A stretch of 64,000 bases of DNA from Thermoplasmatota archaeon (GCA_041601615.1 JBFIHX010000002.1:1-64000); one strand, 5' to 3'; shown: positions 45,607 to 56,174, numbered from the stretch's first letter. Translations and numbers: made by a program. The notes: generated by a model not told the origin, from the sequence alone.

Positions 45607-46380
45607 CTACTCCACCCAATCTGCTGCATTGGTGAGTCTTCGGATTCGCCAGAACCGTCGGATGATCCAGGGCGGCCGAAGGGCAAACAACATGCCGGCG
45701 GCCACGGTGAACACGAGGCGATTCTCGAAGAGCCCGTAGTAGTACCAGTCGTTGTCCCAGAACCCGATGATGATGCCGACGCAGAAGGTAAGAACACCTA
45801 GGCAGAACACGGCGAGCCGGTAGCGGTGGCTTTCGCTGCGTTGCTTTGGATAGCGTGCCATTGCCAGCCATGCAGCAAGGACGAGCGGCGTGAAGATGGC
45901 AACACCGATGAAAAAATTGAGCAAGTCGGGGCTTTGGCGTTCGTAGACGAATTGGATCGACCAAAGCAGCCGCTCGTGGGTTCGTGGGTTTTCGTACAGG
46001 GTCAAGGCTTCAATGAAGGTGATGAGCGCTGCGTAGTAGCCAAGCAAGAACGGCGTTGCTTGGGGTTTCTTGGCAAGGTCGAAGAGGGCGGAAACGAGGG
46101 CGGCGGTGCCGACCAGAAACAAGAAGCGCCGGGCCATGAGTACGAGGAGGGGAGCTGGTGGCTTGGGTTCGAAGGCGAGGACTGCCCATGCGTAGCCGCC
46201 GTCAAGCACCAGAAACGCGCTGAGGCCGTACCAGAAGTAGAGCGTTTTTTGCAGGGGAACTCCGAGTCGAATTGCTTGGTGGACCCGGAATGCTACATAG
46301 AGGCAAAACAGGGTGGTGCCAAGATCTGCGAGAATGCCTATGGTGAGTGTCGAGAGCGCCAACGGACTCCCTGTCGCCAT
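45607..46380 (-). CDS. Seven-TM hypothetical membrane protein
   Basis: About seven hydrophobic segments, ending PPWIIRR. Confidence 0.75.
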   Translation of the reverse strand: MATGSPLALSTLTIGILADLGTTLFCLYVAFRVHQAIRLGVPLQKTLYFWYGLSAFLVLDGGYAWAVLAFEPKPPAPLLVLMARRFLFLVGTAALVSALFDLAKKPQATPFLLGYYAALITFIEALTLYENPRTHERLLWSIQFVYERQSPDLLNFFIGVAIFTPLVLAAWLAMARYPKQRSESHRYRLAVFCLGVLTFCVGIIIGFWDNDWYYYGLFENRLVFTVAAGMLFALRPPWIIRRFWRIRRLTNAADWVE

Positions 46381-46464
46381 GCTCCTTGTAGCCGGCGCAG
46401 GCGAAATCTGGCGAAGCGGCGGTCGGTTCGGTCTGGTTTTAGCAAGGCGGCGGGTGTTGACGCC

Positions 46465-46854
46465 GTGGAGAAAAAGTCGCTCGTGCAAGGATTCGGTGCT
46501 GCGTTGGTTGTCGCCGCCATCACTTGGTTGCTGCCTGATTTGTACCAAGTGGCGTTGCTGGCGGGCTTGTTGTGGATCACCGTCGGGCTGTATGTGGGCA
46601 TGGGCTTGATGCACAGCAAAGGGCACGCTCGGACGGAATTTCTTGCAGGCCTGCCGGTCCTCGGGCTCGCCATGCTGGCTTTTTGGAATCCGTGGGCCCT
46701 AGCGTTGGCGTGGCTGTTGCATCCGCTGTGGGATGTCTTGCACGAAACAAACACCGTGAAAACCCACATCCACCCCAGCACCGTTGGATTCTGCATCGTG
46801 TTCGATGTGCTGGTGGCTGCCGTTTCGGTGCTGGTGGCGCTGTCGTGGCTTTGA
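46465..46854 (+). CDS. Small membrane protein (DUF6010-like)
   Basis: LHPLWDVLH...FCIVFD. Confidence 0.65.
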   Translation: MEKKSLVQGFGAALVVAAITWLLPDLYQVALLAGLLWITVGLYVGMGLMHSKGHARTEFLAGLPVLGLAMLAFWNPWALALAWLLHPLWDVLHETNTVKTHIHPSTVGFCIVFDVLVAAVSVLVALSWL

Positions 46855-46896
46855 GGCCGCAGGGCTAGAGACTGTCGCGTGCTGCCATCGCCACCT

Positions 46897-47310
46897 ATGC
46901 CCACCCTTATCATGCAACGAACCCACACGAGCCTTGTGTCGTTCAAGCGTCAGGTTCTCCTCCGAGCACCCCCCAAGACGGTGTTCCAATTTCTGTACGA
47001 TGTGACACTGCTGGAGGAGTTCACCAAGTGGCGCGTGACGTTGCTTGGTGATGAGTTCGGAACGGGCTTCCAATGGCGAGAATCAAGGTTCTTGCGCAAG
47101 CGCGAATGGACCGTGACGGAGTACGATCGGCGCGGGTGTTCCTTTGCAGCCGAATGGAACGGCGTGACGATTCGTTTGGTGGCCAAGAAGGGCGGGACCG
47201 GGTCCACCAACGTGCAGCTGCGCGTGGACGGCGACGAGGCGGCGGTGCGCAAGTTTGAGCGCAGCGATGGGGACCGGTTGGATCGGCTCAAGGAATTTTT
47301 GAAGGACTGA
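46897..47310 (+). CDS. SRPBCC-like protein
   Basis: APPKTVFQFLYD, VTEYD; alternative start 46912. Confidence 0.7.
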   Translation: MPTLIMQRTHTSLVSFKRQVLLRAPPKTVFQFLYDVTLLEEFTKWRVTLLGDEFGTGFQWRESRFLRKREWTVTEYDRRGCSFAAEWNGVTIRLVAKKGGTGSTNVQLRVDGDEAAVRKFERSDGDRLDRLKEFLKD

Positions 47311-47348
47311 ATTTGGGTCGGTGCCTGGTGCCCCGGTTGCGGTGGCGC

Positions 47349-47729
47349 TCAGCTTTTGGCTTCACTGATTTCGAACAGGTGCCCGTCGGGGTCGCGAAAG
47401 AATGCGCGTACCTCGAACTCGGATTCCACGGGCGGGGTGAGAAAAACGGCGCCACGCGCACGCAGGGTCTCGTACGCGCCGCGGCAGTCGGGAACGCGAA
47501 TGGTCATGGAGTGCGCGACCAAGCCGATTTGCTCAGGCGCGGCAAACGTCACTCCGGGTTTGTCCTCGGTCGGCCCGCCGCCGGTCACGAGTACCAGCCA
47601 CGCTCCTTGGAAGTCGAACACCGCCGTGGAACCGTCGTATTCCCGGTACAATTTGGCTCCGAGCATGTCGCGGTAGAACTGCACGGCGGCGGCTAGGTCC
47701 GAGACCACGAGGATGTGGGAGATCGCCAT
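47349..47729 (-). CDS. VOC/glyoxalase family protein
   Basis: HILVVSDL...FYRDMLG, FRDPDGHLFE. Confidence 0.92.
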   Translation of the reverse strand: MAISHILVVSDLAAAVQFYRDMLGAKLYREYDGSTAVFDFQGAWLVLVTGGGPTEDKPGVTFAAPEQIGLVAHSMTIRVPDCRGAYETLRARGAVFLTPPVESEFEVRAFFRDPDGHLFEISEAKS

Positions 47730-47840
47730 GCCGGGTGTTGGAAACGGAGCGTTCGGTGTGCTTGGTTTCAGCTGCCCAGCGGCTTCTCGCATCGAGGGGT
47801 ATGCATCGCCAAGGCGCAAGTAGGTTTCCCGACGGCCAAG

Positions 47841-48845
47841 CTACGTGGCAACTGCCCACCCAAGATCGGCCAGTGTCGTGGTGCGCTCGAACAGGACCTT
47901 ATCGTCGGCGTTCAAAAACTGCAATCGGAAGGTTTCGCCTTTGATTTCCACCCAGGCAAAGCCCAGCGTGCCACCCGTGCTAAAATGCTCAGCAAAGCCA
48001 CGGTCGTTGTCGGGTCGGAATTGGCCTGCGGCGCCACTGACCAGGATTTCTGTGCGGCCGCAGGAGTCCACGGGTTGGAGCCATTGCAAGTCATGGTCGT
48101 GACCTTGAACATGGAACTGGACGCGGTCGCAGATGCTGTTTTCCACGGCGGCCTTGAACGCCGGTTCGCCGTCTCCGTAGTTGCCGTTGCTGATGTAGTT
48201 GTAGTGCCCGAAGCTGATCTTCCAAGTGGCGTTGCTTGCTTCGATGGCCTCGCGGATCCAGCGCTGCTGCACGTCGCCGGCCGTAAGCTCCGTGTTGACA
48301 AAGTCTAGGGAGGAATCAATGGTGTCTGTGTCGAGGCTGAAAATTTCCAGCACGTCGCCAAATCGCTGGGCGTAGAACCGGGCCGGCATGTGCCACTTGT
48401 CGCTGGTGCGGTCGTCGCGGTAATGGTACTGGACTTGGGAATCACCAAGCACCGTCAAGTCGCCAGTGAGGCCGTTGTCGTGGTTGCCGAGCGTCAAGTA
48501 GAAGGGAATGTCCAGTGCTTGGTAGGGGATTTCGAATCGGTCCTCGAAGGCAGGGTCGTAGGCGGTCACGGCGCCCACTTCGTAGATATTGTCGCCGTTG
48601 GCCATGACAAAATCGCAGCCCATGCGGGCACAGACACGTTCCATCGCATCTGCCACGGCTTGCTGCGATGCGTCTCCAGTTCCCTGGTCACCGATGATCA
48701 AAAACCGCAATGGGCCAGAGCCATCGAACGGTACCACGGGTTGTGTCGGCGGGAGGTCGCTGGCGGGCGGCATTTCGGGTTCAGCCGCAAGACACCCCGA
48801 GAAAGTCAGACCGAGCAACAACGCCACACTCCACAATCGCATCAC
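47841..48845 (-). CDS. Purple acid phosphatase-like metallophosphoesterase lipoprotein
   Basis: GDQG, GDNIY, GNHD, GHDH; FSGC lipobox. Confidence 0.92.
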   Translation of the reverse strand: MMRLWSVALLLGLTFSGCLAAEPEMPPASDLPPTQPVVPFDGSGPLRFLIIGDQGTGDASQQAVADAMERVCARMGCDFVMANGDNIYEVGAVTAYDPAFEDRFEIPYQALDIPFYLTLGNHDNGLTGDLTVLGDSQVQYHYRDDRTSDKWHMPARFYAQRFGDVLEIFSLDTDTIDSSLDFVNTELTAGDVQQRWIREAIEASNATWKISFGHYNYISNGNYGDGEPAFKAAVENSICDRVQFHVQGHDHDLQWLQPVDSCGRTEILVSGAAGQFRPDNDRGFAEHFSTGGTLGFAWVEIKGETFRLQFLNADDKVLFERTTTLADLGWAVAT

Positions 48846-48914
48846 GCGTGTATCCGACCCGGTATATTGTACCCATGGAGAGGCGGGGTTGCCTCGCGAT
48901 TTTGCCTGCGCTCG

Positions 48915-49247
48915 TCACGTCTGTGCTTGCCGGTCCAGAACCACTGACATCAGGATATCGGCGTAGTTTGGACTGTGTCGGGCGGCGGTGAGCAGCACAA
49001 CGTTGGCGCCCAATAGAGCGGCCAGCGCCGATGGGTCCGCATCTTCCAATTCCATGCGGTACCGTGCCTCGAAAGCATCCCAGCTCATGCCGGCATGGTA
49101 TGCCTTGCGCAATTCGTTGCTCGGGGCTAGGTCCTTGGCCCAGCCGTCCAAGTTTGCCGCCGCCTTGCTGACGCCACGAGGCCACAGCCGATCAACAAGG
49201 ATGCGGGTGCCGCCGGACGGCTCGTCGTAGATGCGGGCGATGCGCAC
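48915..49247 (-). CDS. DUF488 (YeaO-like) protein
   Basis: RILVDRLWPRGVSK, LAPSNELRK. Confidence 0.92.
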   Translation of the reverse strand: MRIARIYDEPSGGTRILVDRLWPRGVSKAAANLDGWAKDLAPSNELRKAYHAGMSWDAFEARYRMELEDADPSALAALLGANVVLLTAARHSPNYADILMSVVLDRQAQT

Positions 49248-49287
49248 AATGGGCCATGCAGTGAGAGGTTTGTCAACGCTTCCCGGA

Positions 49288-50472
49288 TTAGGCGCTTGAT
49301 TTCATGTCCGACGCGACTTTTGCCCAGTACCATGCTCCCCAGAAAATCGGGATCAGCGTGATGGCTACCAGAATGACCATGACTTGCACGCCTCCCAGGC
49401 CCTCCCCGAACCAGCCCACGGCGGCGCACGCAAGCACACCGGCGCCGAGGCTCGATTCGGTGCGGAACCGGGCGCCTTGGAACATGGGTGAGTATTCGTG
49501 CACGCGGCTGAGGCCAATCATGCAAAGCAGGGCAACGCCGACGCTTCCTGCCAAGAGCATTCGTTGTTCCAGTCCCAGGACTTCTCCTTCATGGCCGACG
49601 ACGCTGAGCACTCCTGCGCCGGAGGCCGCGATGGCGCCGAGCAAGGGATAGTGCAGGAAACTTCGACCCATGGCGGCCCAAATCGAGGGCTTGAGGTGTT
49701 CGCGGGGAACCATGTCAAAGTACAGCCACCAGAGCTGGAACGCCAAAACCATCGCCAAGAATCCGGCCAGTTGTCCAAGCGCCGAGACATGGTGCAGGCC
49801 TGCCAGTCCATTGACGGTGCCCGCAACCGTTTCTCCGAGCACGATGATGGTAAACAGACCAAACCTCTCGATGAGGTGGCTGTGGCTGAAGCGGGGCAGC
49901 AGCGCTTGTCGTCGTCGAATCAAGACCGGTGTTGCCCAGTCGATGAGCAAACCGAGGGCCCAGAGCCACGGCCGCAAGGACTCTTCGAATGCGAAGGAGA
50001 CAATCCAGGGAAGTAGGCCCAGCGTGAATCCCGTGACATAGCCGTCCGTAACCGGGCGTGCCGCCGCGTCGTGTCGGCCGCCGCGCCACCACAGCATGAT
50101 GATCAGGAGGCGACCCACCGCGTAGCTAAGCGCGAATTGCAACGCTGTGTCACCAAAGGCGCCGTGCGCAAACACCGCCATCCCCACCACGGGAATCATT
50201 TGCAGGAACGTGAAGACGCGCTGGCTTACGTCCTCGGTTTCAAAGCGATCTGTGTAGAACGTGTTGCCGATCCACAACCACCAGACTGCCGCAAACAGGA
50301 GTGCAAACTGGCCTAGGTGTACAAGGTCGGGGTGGAGGGCCAATTCGTGGGCGATTTGTGCCACAGCCACCACGAAGATCAAGTCGTAGAACAGATCCAG
50401 AAATCCGACCTTACGTTCTTCGCCCTCGTCTTCGTCGCGGCGCAGTTGCGGTCGCGTCCACCAGCCCGTCAC
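49288..50472 (-). CDS. Low temperature requirement protein A family
   Basis: LFYDLIFV, ERFGLFTIIVLGE, WWLYF. Confidence 0.92.
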   Translation of the reverse strand: MTGWWTRPQLRRDEDEGEERKVGFLDLFYDLIFVVAVAQIAHELALHPDLVHLGQFALLFAAVWWLWIGNTFYTDRFETEDVSQRVFTFLQMIPVVGMAVFAHGAFGDTALQFALSYAVGRLLIIMLWWRGGRHDAAARPVTDGYVTGFTLGLLPWIVSFAFEESLRPWLWALGLLIDWATPVLIRRRQALLPRFSHSHLIERFGLFTIIVLGETVAGTVNGLAGLHHVSALGQLAGFLAMVLAFQLWWLYFDMVPREHLKPSIWAAMGRSFLHYPLLGAIAASGAGVLSVVGHEGEVLGLEQRMLLAGSVGVALLCMIGLSRVHEYSPMFQGARFRTESSLGAGVLACAAVGWFGEGLGGVQVMVILVAITLIPIFWGAWYWAKVASDMKSSA

Positions 50473-50569
50473 GACCAAGCACCGCCAGGTCCCTTGATAG
50501 CCGCCGCGACTCGGCACGACCCGCTGTTGCCATGCCAAGCGCCAAGAACGCCACTAGGGTCGCAGCCCT

Positions 50570-51010
50570 ATGAGCAACGCTTCTGCAACACGGACCATCA
50601 ATGCAAACAAGAAGGACATCTGGGCCAAGCTTGCAGACTTTGGCAACATCGGCGACTGGTCCAGTGGGGTTGTTTCCAGCAACTGGGAGAGCGACACCCG
50701 CCACGGCGTCGGCATGGAACGCCACTGCGACTTGGGCAAGGGCAAGTTCCTCAAGGAACGAGTCATCAAGTGCACCAACCAGTCCGAGATGGTCATCGAC
50801 TTCTTCGACCACAACATGCCGCTCAAGAGTGGGCAAGCGACCTTTTCGCTAGGCAAGAAGGAGAAGCAAGGCGTGCCGGTGACCTTCTCGGTGGACTACC
50901 AACTCAAATTCGGTCCCGTCGGGGCCCTGCTGGACAAGGTGATGGTGCGCAAGGAGTACAGCCGCGTCGCCAACCAAATGCTCACCGACCTGGAAGCAAG
51001 CCTCGCCTAA
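50570..51010 (+). CDS. SRPBCC/polyketide cyclase-like protein
   Basis: IWAKLADF...W, GVGMERHC. Confidence 0.88.
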   Translation: MSNASATRTINANKKDIWAKLADFGNIGDWSSGVVSSNWESDTRHGVGMERHCDLGKGKFLKERVIKCTNQSEMVIDFFDHNMPLKSGQATFSLGKKEKQGVPVTFSVDYQLKFGPVGALLDKVMVRKEYSRVANQMLTDLEASLA

Positions 51011-51075
51011 CGAGGTCGAGAAGGCAGCTCGGAAGCAGCGCCTTGCTCGCGCCTAGCCCGCCCGCACTTGCTTGT

Positions 51076-51732
51076 TCAAGAGAGGAACGTCAGGGTCCCA
51101 GAAACCGTAAACTGCTCGTCCACGCTGATGTAGCCAATCAGCGGATCCTGGTGAAGCAGAAGTGTAGGGTTGTAGACGTAGATGTGCACAAGGTTGTCCT
51201 CGTCCATGACGAGGTCTAGGTCTTGGAGACTGATCGTTAGGGGGCTTGTGCCTTCTTGGTTCTCGACGAAGGTCGAATTGGTGCCCATGCGCATCAGCCC
51301 GATGCCGAGTTGCTGCGTTACGGGGGACGAGGCTGTCCATTCCAAGGTGATTTCGGCACCTACGAGGGTCGCGCCGGGTTGCTCCAGCAACAAATCTCGA
51401 TTTCCTGCGATTGCATTGACGCCTGAACAGGAGTTGAGGGTGCCATCTTCGCAGACAATGGCCCGAGTCCCGAGGTTTCCCTCAAGACGAATGTCCACTT
51501 CTGCGAAGGTGGGCCCGGCTTCCGTCGTGTCGCCGTCGGTTGCGTTGGGGCTTGTGCTGGTTCGGGGGCTGCTGTTTGTGCCGGTATTGGGGCTGGTGCT
51601 GCCGCCGGAGTCCTGTGATTTCAGGTCAGTTGTGTCATCTTCCGGGGCAAACACTCCCGGTCCGCCGTCGTCGGTACATCCGGCCAAGGTCGTTATGGCC
51701 ACTAGCAGAATGATCAATGGCGTGATTCGCAT
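51076..51732 (-). CDS. Hypothetical lipoprotein
   Basis: LAGC lipobox, Ser/Thr linker. Confidence 0.75.
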   Translation of the reverse strand: MRITPLIILLVAITTLAGCTDDGGPGVFAPEDDTTDLKSQDSGGSTSPNTGTNSSPRTSTSPNATDGDTTEAGPTFAEVDIRLEGNLGTRAIVCEDGTLNSCSGVNAIAGNRDLLLEQPGATLVGAEITLEWTASSPVTQQLGIGLMRMGTNSTFVENQEGTSPLTISLQDLDLVMDEDNLVHIYVYNPTLLLHQDPLIGYISVDEQFTVSGTLTFLS

Positions 51733-51805
51733 GGAACCACAGTTTGCAACTGTCTTGAAATGCTTTTGCGGCGGTTTGAACAACAGTTCGAGCAATCCGG
51801 AGTGT

Positions 51806-52189
51806 CTATCGACGTTCAATCCAGGCTTGAAGCCAATTTGGCCTTGACCACCAAGCTGTGAGTGCGGCAAGTCCCACCACGACCAAGGGCGGGACTGACA
51901 AACCGAATTCTCCATTTGCTAGGCGCGTGACGAATGCGGCCGCCATGACGCCGGTTACGAGTACTGCGCCATAGAACCGTGTCCAGGGTAGAATCATGGC
52001 GATGGCTCCGCCCAGTTCGAGTACACCTGTGACGGGGCTCATCCAGGCGGGGTAGCCCCATCTCAGGAATTCGTCGCGCCAAAAATCGGGGTGGATGAAT
52101 TTGTCCAGCCCACCGATTCCTGCAATGAGCGCCGCAAGCAACAGAACGCCCCATCGGCCGATGGCAGCGAGGTACTTGTTGTTGGCCAT
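51806..52189 (-). CDS. DoxX family membrane protein
   Basis: GLDKF, WGYP, GVLELGG. Confidence 0.88.
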   Translation of the reverse strand: MANNKYLAAIGRWGVLLLAALIAGIGGLDKFIHPDFWRDEFLRWGYPAWMSPVTGVLELGGAIAMILPWTRFYGAVLVTGVMAAAFVTRLANGEFGLSVPPLVVVGLAALTAWWSRPNWLQAWIERR

Positions 52190-52288
52190 GACGCCGCATC
52201 CGAGCCCCAAGGATTAGAGCAGTCGGTATGAATGCGCGGCGCCTGCCAACACCGTGCAAGCCATACGCCTGCGCCGACTTGCTGCATC

Positions 52289-52759
52289 GTGGTCCAGGTC
52301 CGGCTCGCGGCTCCGTCTGATGCACCAGCGCTCCATGATTTGATGTTGGCAGCGTTTGATTCGTTTCGGCCCTTGTACACGCCGGGTTGTTTCGACGCCA
52401 CGGTGCTGGACGCCACGCGCATCCGAAAACGCATGGCGGAGGGCCCAGTTTGGGTTGCCGAGACGGAAGACGGCGCATTCGTAGGCACTTTGGCAGTGGT
52501 GGAGGACGCACGCGGCGTGTACTTGCGCGGTATGGCGGTGCATCCAGACGCCCGACGTGGCGGCATCGGTCGGCACCTTCTGGAGGCGGCGGAAGCGTTT
52601 GGCCGGGACTGTGGAGCCGCGTGTTTGTGGTTGAGCACGACTCCGTTCCTGCTTGGTTCCATCGCGCTCTACGAACGGTTTGGCTTCGTGCATGGCGCCA
52701 AGGGGCCACCGGACTTGTTTGGCACTCCTTTGCTTTCGATGCAAAAGCGCCTCGCTTGA
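52289..52759 (+). CDS. GNAT acetyltransferase
   Basis: MAVHPDARRGGIG, ALYERFGF. Confidence 0.92.
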   Translation: MVQVRLAAPSDAPALHDLMLAAFDSFRPLYTPGCFDATVLDATRIRKRMAEGPVWVAETEDGAFVGTLAVVEDARGVYLRGMAVHPDARRGGIGRHLLEAAEAFGRDCGAACLWLSTTPFLLGSIALYERFGFVHGAKGPPDLFGTPLLSMQKRLA

Positions 52760-52802
52760 AGACCCCCAAGCAATTTTGTGGCCAACATTTCATTGCCTAG
52801 CC

Positions 52803-53270
52803 ATGAACCGCGTCGTAGCCCTTCTTGGATTCCTCTTCGTTGTGGGGGCTGCCGCCATCTTCGGTTCCCTTGCGACGATTGATGCCGCGGACCAATACGC
52901 GCTCTTGGATCAACCATCCTGGGCGCCCCCGGGTTGGTTGTTTGGGCCCGTGTGGACGCTTCTCTACGCAGCCATCGCCGTAGCCGCCTGGCGCGTCCAT
53001 GGAATCGTTGGTTCCTTGCGGGCTCCTGAGATGGCGTGGTTCGGGGCACAACTGCTGTTCAATGCAGTTTGGTCGCCGTTGTTTTTTGCTTTCCAATTGC
53101 GCGGCTTTGCATTGGCCTGGATTATAGCGCTGGATGTCCTCGTCGCGGTGACTCTGTGGCGTTTCTGGCGCCAGGACCGTGTCGCGGGAATCTTGTTCGT
53201 GCCCTACCTAGCGTGGGTGCTGTTTGCCACGGGGCTCAATGCAGCAGTTTGGTGGCTGAACAGGGCTTAA
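52803..53270 (+). CDS. tspO: TspO/MBR family protein
   Basis: PSWAPPGWLFGPVW, WSPLFF, PYLAW. Confidence 0.95.
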   Translation: MNRVVALLGFLFVVGAAAIFGSLATIDAADQYALLDQPSWAPPGWLFGPVWTLLYAAIAVAAWRVHGIVGSLRAPEMAWFGAQLLFNAVWSPLFFAFQLRGFALAWIIALDVLVAVTLWRFWRQDRVAGILFVPYLAWVLFATGLNAAVWWLNRA

Positions 53271-53377
53271 TCCATTGCCTTGGGCATGCTGGCGGGAGTC
53301 GGACGCAGACATTCATGGCCATGGTAATCAAGGAGGCAAGCAAGTGAAAGAAGTGGAAGAGTGCCGCTTGCGTGGGG

Positions 53378-53662
53378 CTAGACAATGTGGATCTGCGGCT
53401 TTTCGAGCACGCGGATTTGGGGCTCGCCTTTGACGCCGCCCTCCTTCAGTGCCTGCTTGAGGTGCGGGTCGGCCATGAACTTCTCCAGGCTCTGAAGGTT
53501 GGTGAAGTCGCAGGTGACGCAGACATGGTTGGGCTGGGCTGCATCTTGGAAGACATGCTCGTTCTTGATGCCGTGTTTTTGGCGGGTGGCGGCGTCGCGT
53601 TCGTAGGCCTTCTTCCAGGTTGCAAAGTCGTTGACGTCGTGTTCGATGAGTACGCTGGTCAT
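53378..53662 (-). CDS. Dimeric alpha/beta-barrel (ABM/cyclase-like) protein
   Basis: HDVNDFATWK...GV.GEP; paralog at 59793. Confidence 0.8.
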   Translation of the reverse strand: MTSVLIEHDVNDFATWKKAYERDAATRQKHGIKNEHVFQDAAQPNHVCVTCDFTNLQSLEKFMADPHLKQALKEGGVKGEPQIRVLEKPQIHIV

Positions 53663-53734
53663 GTGGTATCCCTCCGGGGGATGGTGCCATGGCGACTCTG
53701 GGAACCACCTTTCCCAAAAATCAAGCGTTGTGCC

Positions 53735-54364
53735 CTACGGTTTCTTGCGCATTTGGACAATCCACCAACCATCTTCCCGAGCGACTTCGCAGCCACCAAA
53801 GGGGGACGCTTTCGCTCGTCGCACCACGTCCCGCTCCAAGGCACTCGTAGTGTAACCGTGCACTCGAAACACCTGCCGGACCCACCAAGTGAGGCCCCAG
53901 AAGGGGCGGCGACCGGTCCAGGCTTGCAACTCGTCTCGGGTCATGTCGCCGGCGCCTTCGATGATCCAGAGTGCACCGCCGGGTTGCAATACGCGATGGA
54001 TTTCGTCCAGGCCTCCGTCCGGGTCGATCCAGTGGTGGAAGGTCTCTGAAGCAAGAACCCAATCGCGGCTTGCTGCCGGGAGGTCCAGGTCGTGGCTGGC
54101 TCCGATTTGGTACTGCAGGTTGGGCGCTTGGTGTTTGGCGGTGGCCATGCGCACTTGACGAGGATCAAGGTCTACGCCGAGCACTTTCGCGTTCGGATGT
54201 GTCTTCGCGAGGGCGGCAGCTAGGTGTCCCGGGCCGCAACCTACGTCCAGAATTGCGTGTGCATCCGGCTGGCGCTCTGCGATCCTGGCGTAAAACCGCT
54301 GCAACCGCCGAGCCACCACATGGTCGTAGAATCGATGGCCGCCGAGCGGAATCGTCTGGCGCAC
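53735..54364 (-). CDS. Class I SAM-dependent methyltransferase
   Basis: LDVGCGPG, FHHW, VLQPGG; start uncertain. Confidence 0.9.
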   Translation of the reverse strand: MRQTIPLGGHRFYDHVVARRLQRFYARIAERQPDAHAILDVGCGPGHLAAALAKTHPNAKVLGVDLDPRQVRMATAKHQAPNLQYQIGASHDLDLPAASRDWVLASETFHHWIDPDGGLDEIHRVLQPGGALWIIEGAGDMTRDELQAWTGRRPFWGLTWWVRQVFRVHGYTTSALERDVVRRAKASPFGGCEVAREDGWWIVQMRKKP

Positions 54365-54452
54365 AGGACCAGAAGGAGGCGCATGGCATTGACCGTATGG
54401 GACAAGAATGCTGGGCAGCACTCCAAACGTCGGGCCCAGCTGCGTGCTTTGT

Positions 54453-56126
54453 CTAGAGCGCGTCAATGCGGGCGTGCAGCTCCGCCAAGGTCCGAGCATC
54501 GAGTGGCTGCGGTGGGCGGGAAGCAGCAGCAGGTGCGGGCGCGGACACGGCGACGGGAGACCGGGAAGGAGCATTTCGACTCGCTTGCGCGGCGCCTGAT
54601 TCCGAATCCATCCGGCCCGTGGATTGGGCTTGATCGGCGCGTCGGGGCATCAACAGGAACACCAAGATAGCAGTGGCCAGCGCCACGGCGGCGCCCACAA
54701 GGTAGGCGACCTGTACGGCGTCTAGGAAGGCCGCTTGCGCAGAGGAGACGAGTACGGCCCCGTCGGCTCCGGCGTTGCGCCCGATCATCATGGCGTTGAT
54801 GATGGAGTCTTCCGGGTGGCGGCCGGCATCGAAGCTGAGGCTCTCGGGGATGCTGAGTTTGGCCTTGTAGACGGCGTTGAAGATGCTGCCAAGAATCGCG
54901 ATGCCGAAGGCTCCGCCCACTTCGCGGCTGGTGTCGTTCATGGCGCTGCCCACCCCGGCTTTGTGCGACGGGATGCTGTCCATGATGAGTGTCGTGCTGG
55001 GTGCCATGGCGAGACCCATTCCAAGACCAAGGCCAAGGAATCCGAGCGCCAGGGCCCAGTACGGCGTTGCCATGCCGACAAACGAGAGTCCGAAGAACGC
55101 GGCGGCCACCAATGCGATGCCCACGGTGACGGTGCGAGGGGTGCCGATGAGGCGCACAAGTTTGTCGCTTCGCGGGGCGGCCAAAATCAAGCCGGCGGCC
55201 AGCGGCAGCGTCCGGATTCCTGCTTCAAGGGGGCTGAAGCCACGCAGGAATTGGAGGTACTGCGTCATGACGAAGAAGAACGCGAACATGACGAAGAAGG
55301 ACAGCCCCAGTGCGAGGTTACCCATGGAAAATCCGCGGCTGGAAAAGAACCGCATCGGCAGCATGGGGTGCGGTGTGCGCAGCTCCCAGAACACGAAGGC
55401 GGGCCAGGTCACCGCGGCGACGGCAAAGCCCGTGATTACTTCGATGCTGCTCCAGCCCTTGCTGGGGCCTTCGATGATGGCAAAGAGCAGGCTGGCCAGC
55501 GCAACAATGGAAAGCAGACTGCCGACGGGATCCAGCCGCGTCTGGTGCGGGTCGCGGCTCGTGGGGATCAAAAACAATCCCGCGACCATGGCGATGACCA
55601 CCACGGGGACGTTGAGCCAGAAAATGCTGGGCCAATTGAACGATTCAAGCAACGCTCCTCCGACGACCGGGCCGATGGCGCCGCCGATGCCGGCAAACGC
55701 GGCCCAAATGCCCAACGCTTTGCCGCGCTCATCGGGAGCAAAGACGTGCGTGAGAATGGAAAGTGTTGCAGGCATGACAAGTGCTGCGCCCAGCCCCATG
55801 ACCGCGCGGGCGATGATCAGCGTCAGCACACTGTCTGCGAAGGTGGCCGCGACACTGCTGATTCCGACGATGGCGAGGCCAAGTTGGAGGGCGCCGCGAC
55901 GACCGAAGCGGTCTCCAAGTGCGCCCATGGTCAACAAGAGGCCTCCAAACACGAGTGCGTAGGCGTCGACGATCCATTGCAGGTCGCTGGTGCTGGCGCC
56001 AAGGGCTGGACCGAGCGTCGGGATGGCCACGTTCAGAACCGAGTTTCCAAGCACCACCATGATGAGGCTCAGGCAGAGCACGCCGAGGATGCTCCAGCGG
56101 CGGCGGTGGATGGTCTCTGGGTCCAT
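54453..56126 (-). CDS. DHA2 (EmrB/QacA) MFS efflux pump
   Basis: NVAIP, GDRFGRR, GPVVGG, FWLNVP. Confidence 0.95.
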   Translation of the reverse strand: MDPETIHRRRWSILGVLCLSLIMVVLGNSVLNVAIPTLGPALGASTSDLQWIVDAYALVFGGLLLTMGALGDRFGRRGALQLGLAIVGISSVAATFADSVLTLIIARAVMGLGAALVMPATLSILTHVFAPDERGKALGIWAAFAGIGGAIGPVVGGALLESFNWPSIFWLNVPVVVIAMVAGLFLIPTSRDPHQTRLDPVGSLLSIVALASLLFAIIEGPSKGWSSIEVITGFAVAAVTWPAFVFWELRTPHPMLPMRFFSSRGFSMGNLALGLSFFVMFAFFFVMTQYLQFLRGFSPLEAGIRTLPLAAGLILAAPRSDKLVRLIGTPRTVTVGIALVAAAFFGLSFVGMATPYWALALGFLGLGLGMGLAMAPSTTLIMDSIPSHKAGVGSAMNDTSREVGGAFGIAILGSIFNAVYKAKLSIPESLSFDAGRHPEDSIINAMMIGRNAGADGAVLVSSAQAAFLDAVQVAYLVGAAVALATAILVFLLMPRRADQAQSTGRMDSESGAAQASRNAPSRSPVAVSAPAPAAASRPPQPLDARTLAELHARIDAL

Positions 56127-56174
56127 GCCGCTGGCGAGTCGCGTCGCCTGAAAGGCTTGCTGTCGGTGGCCGGT

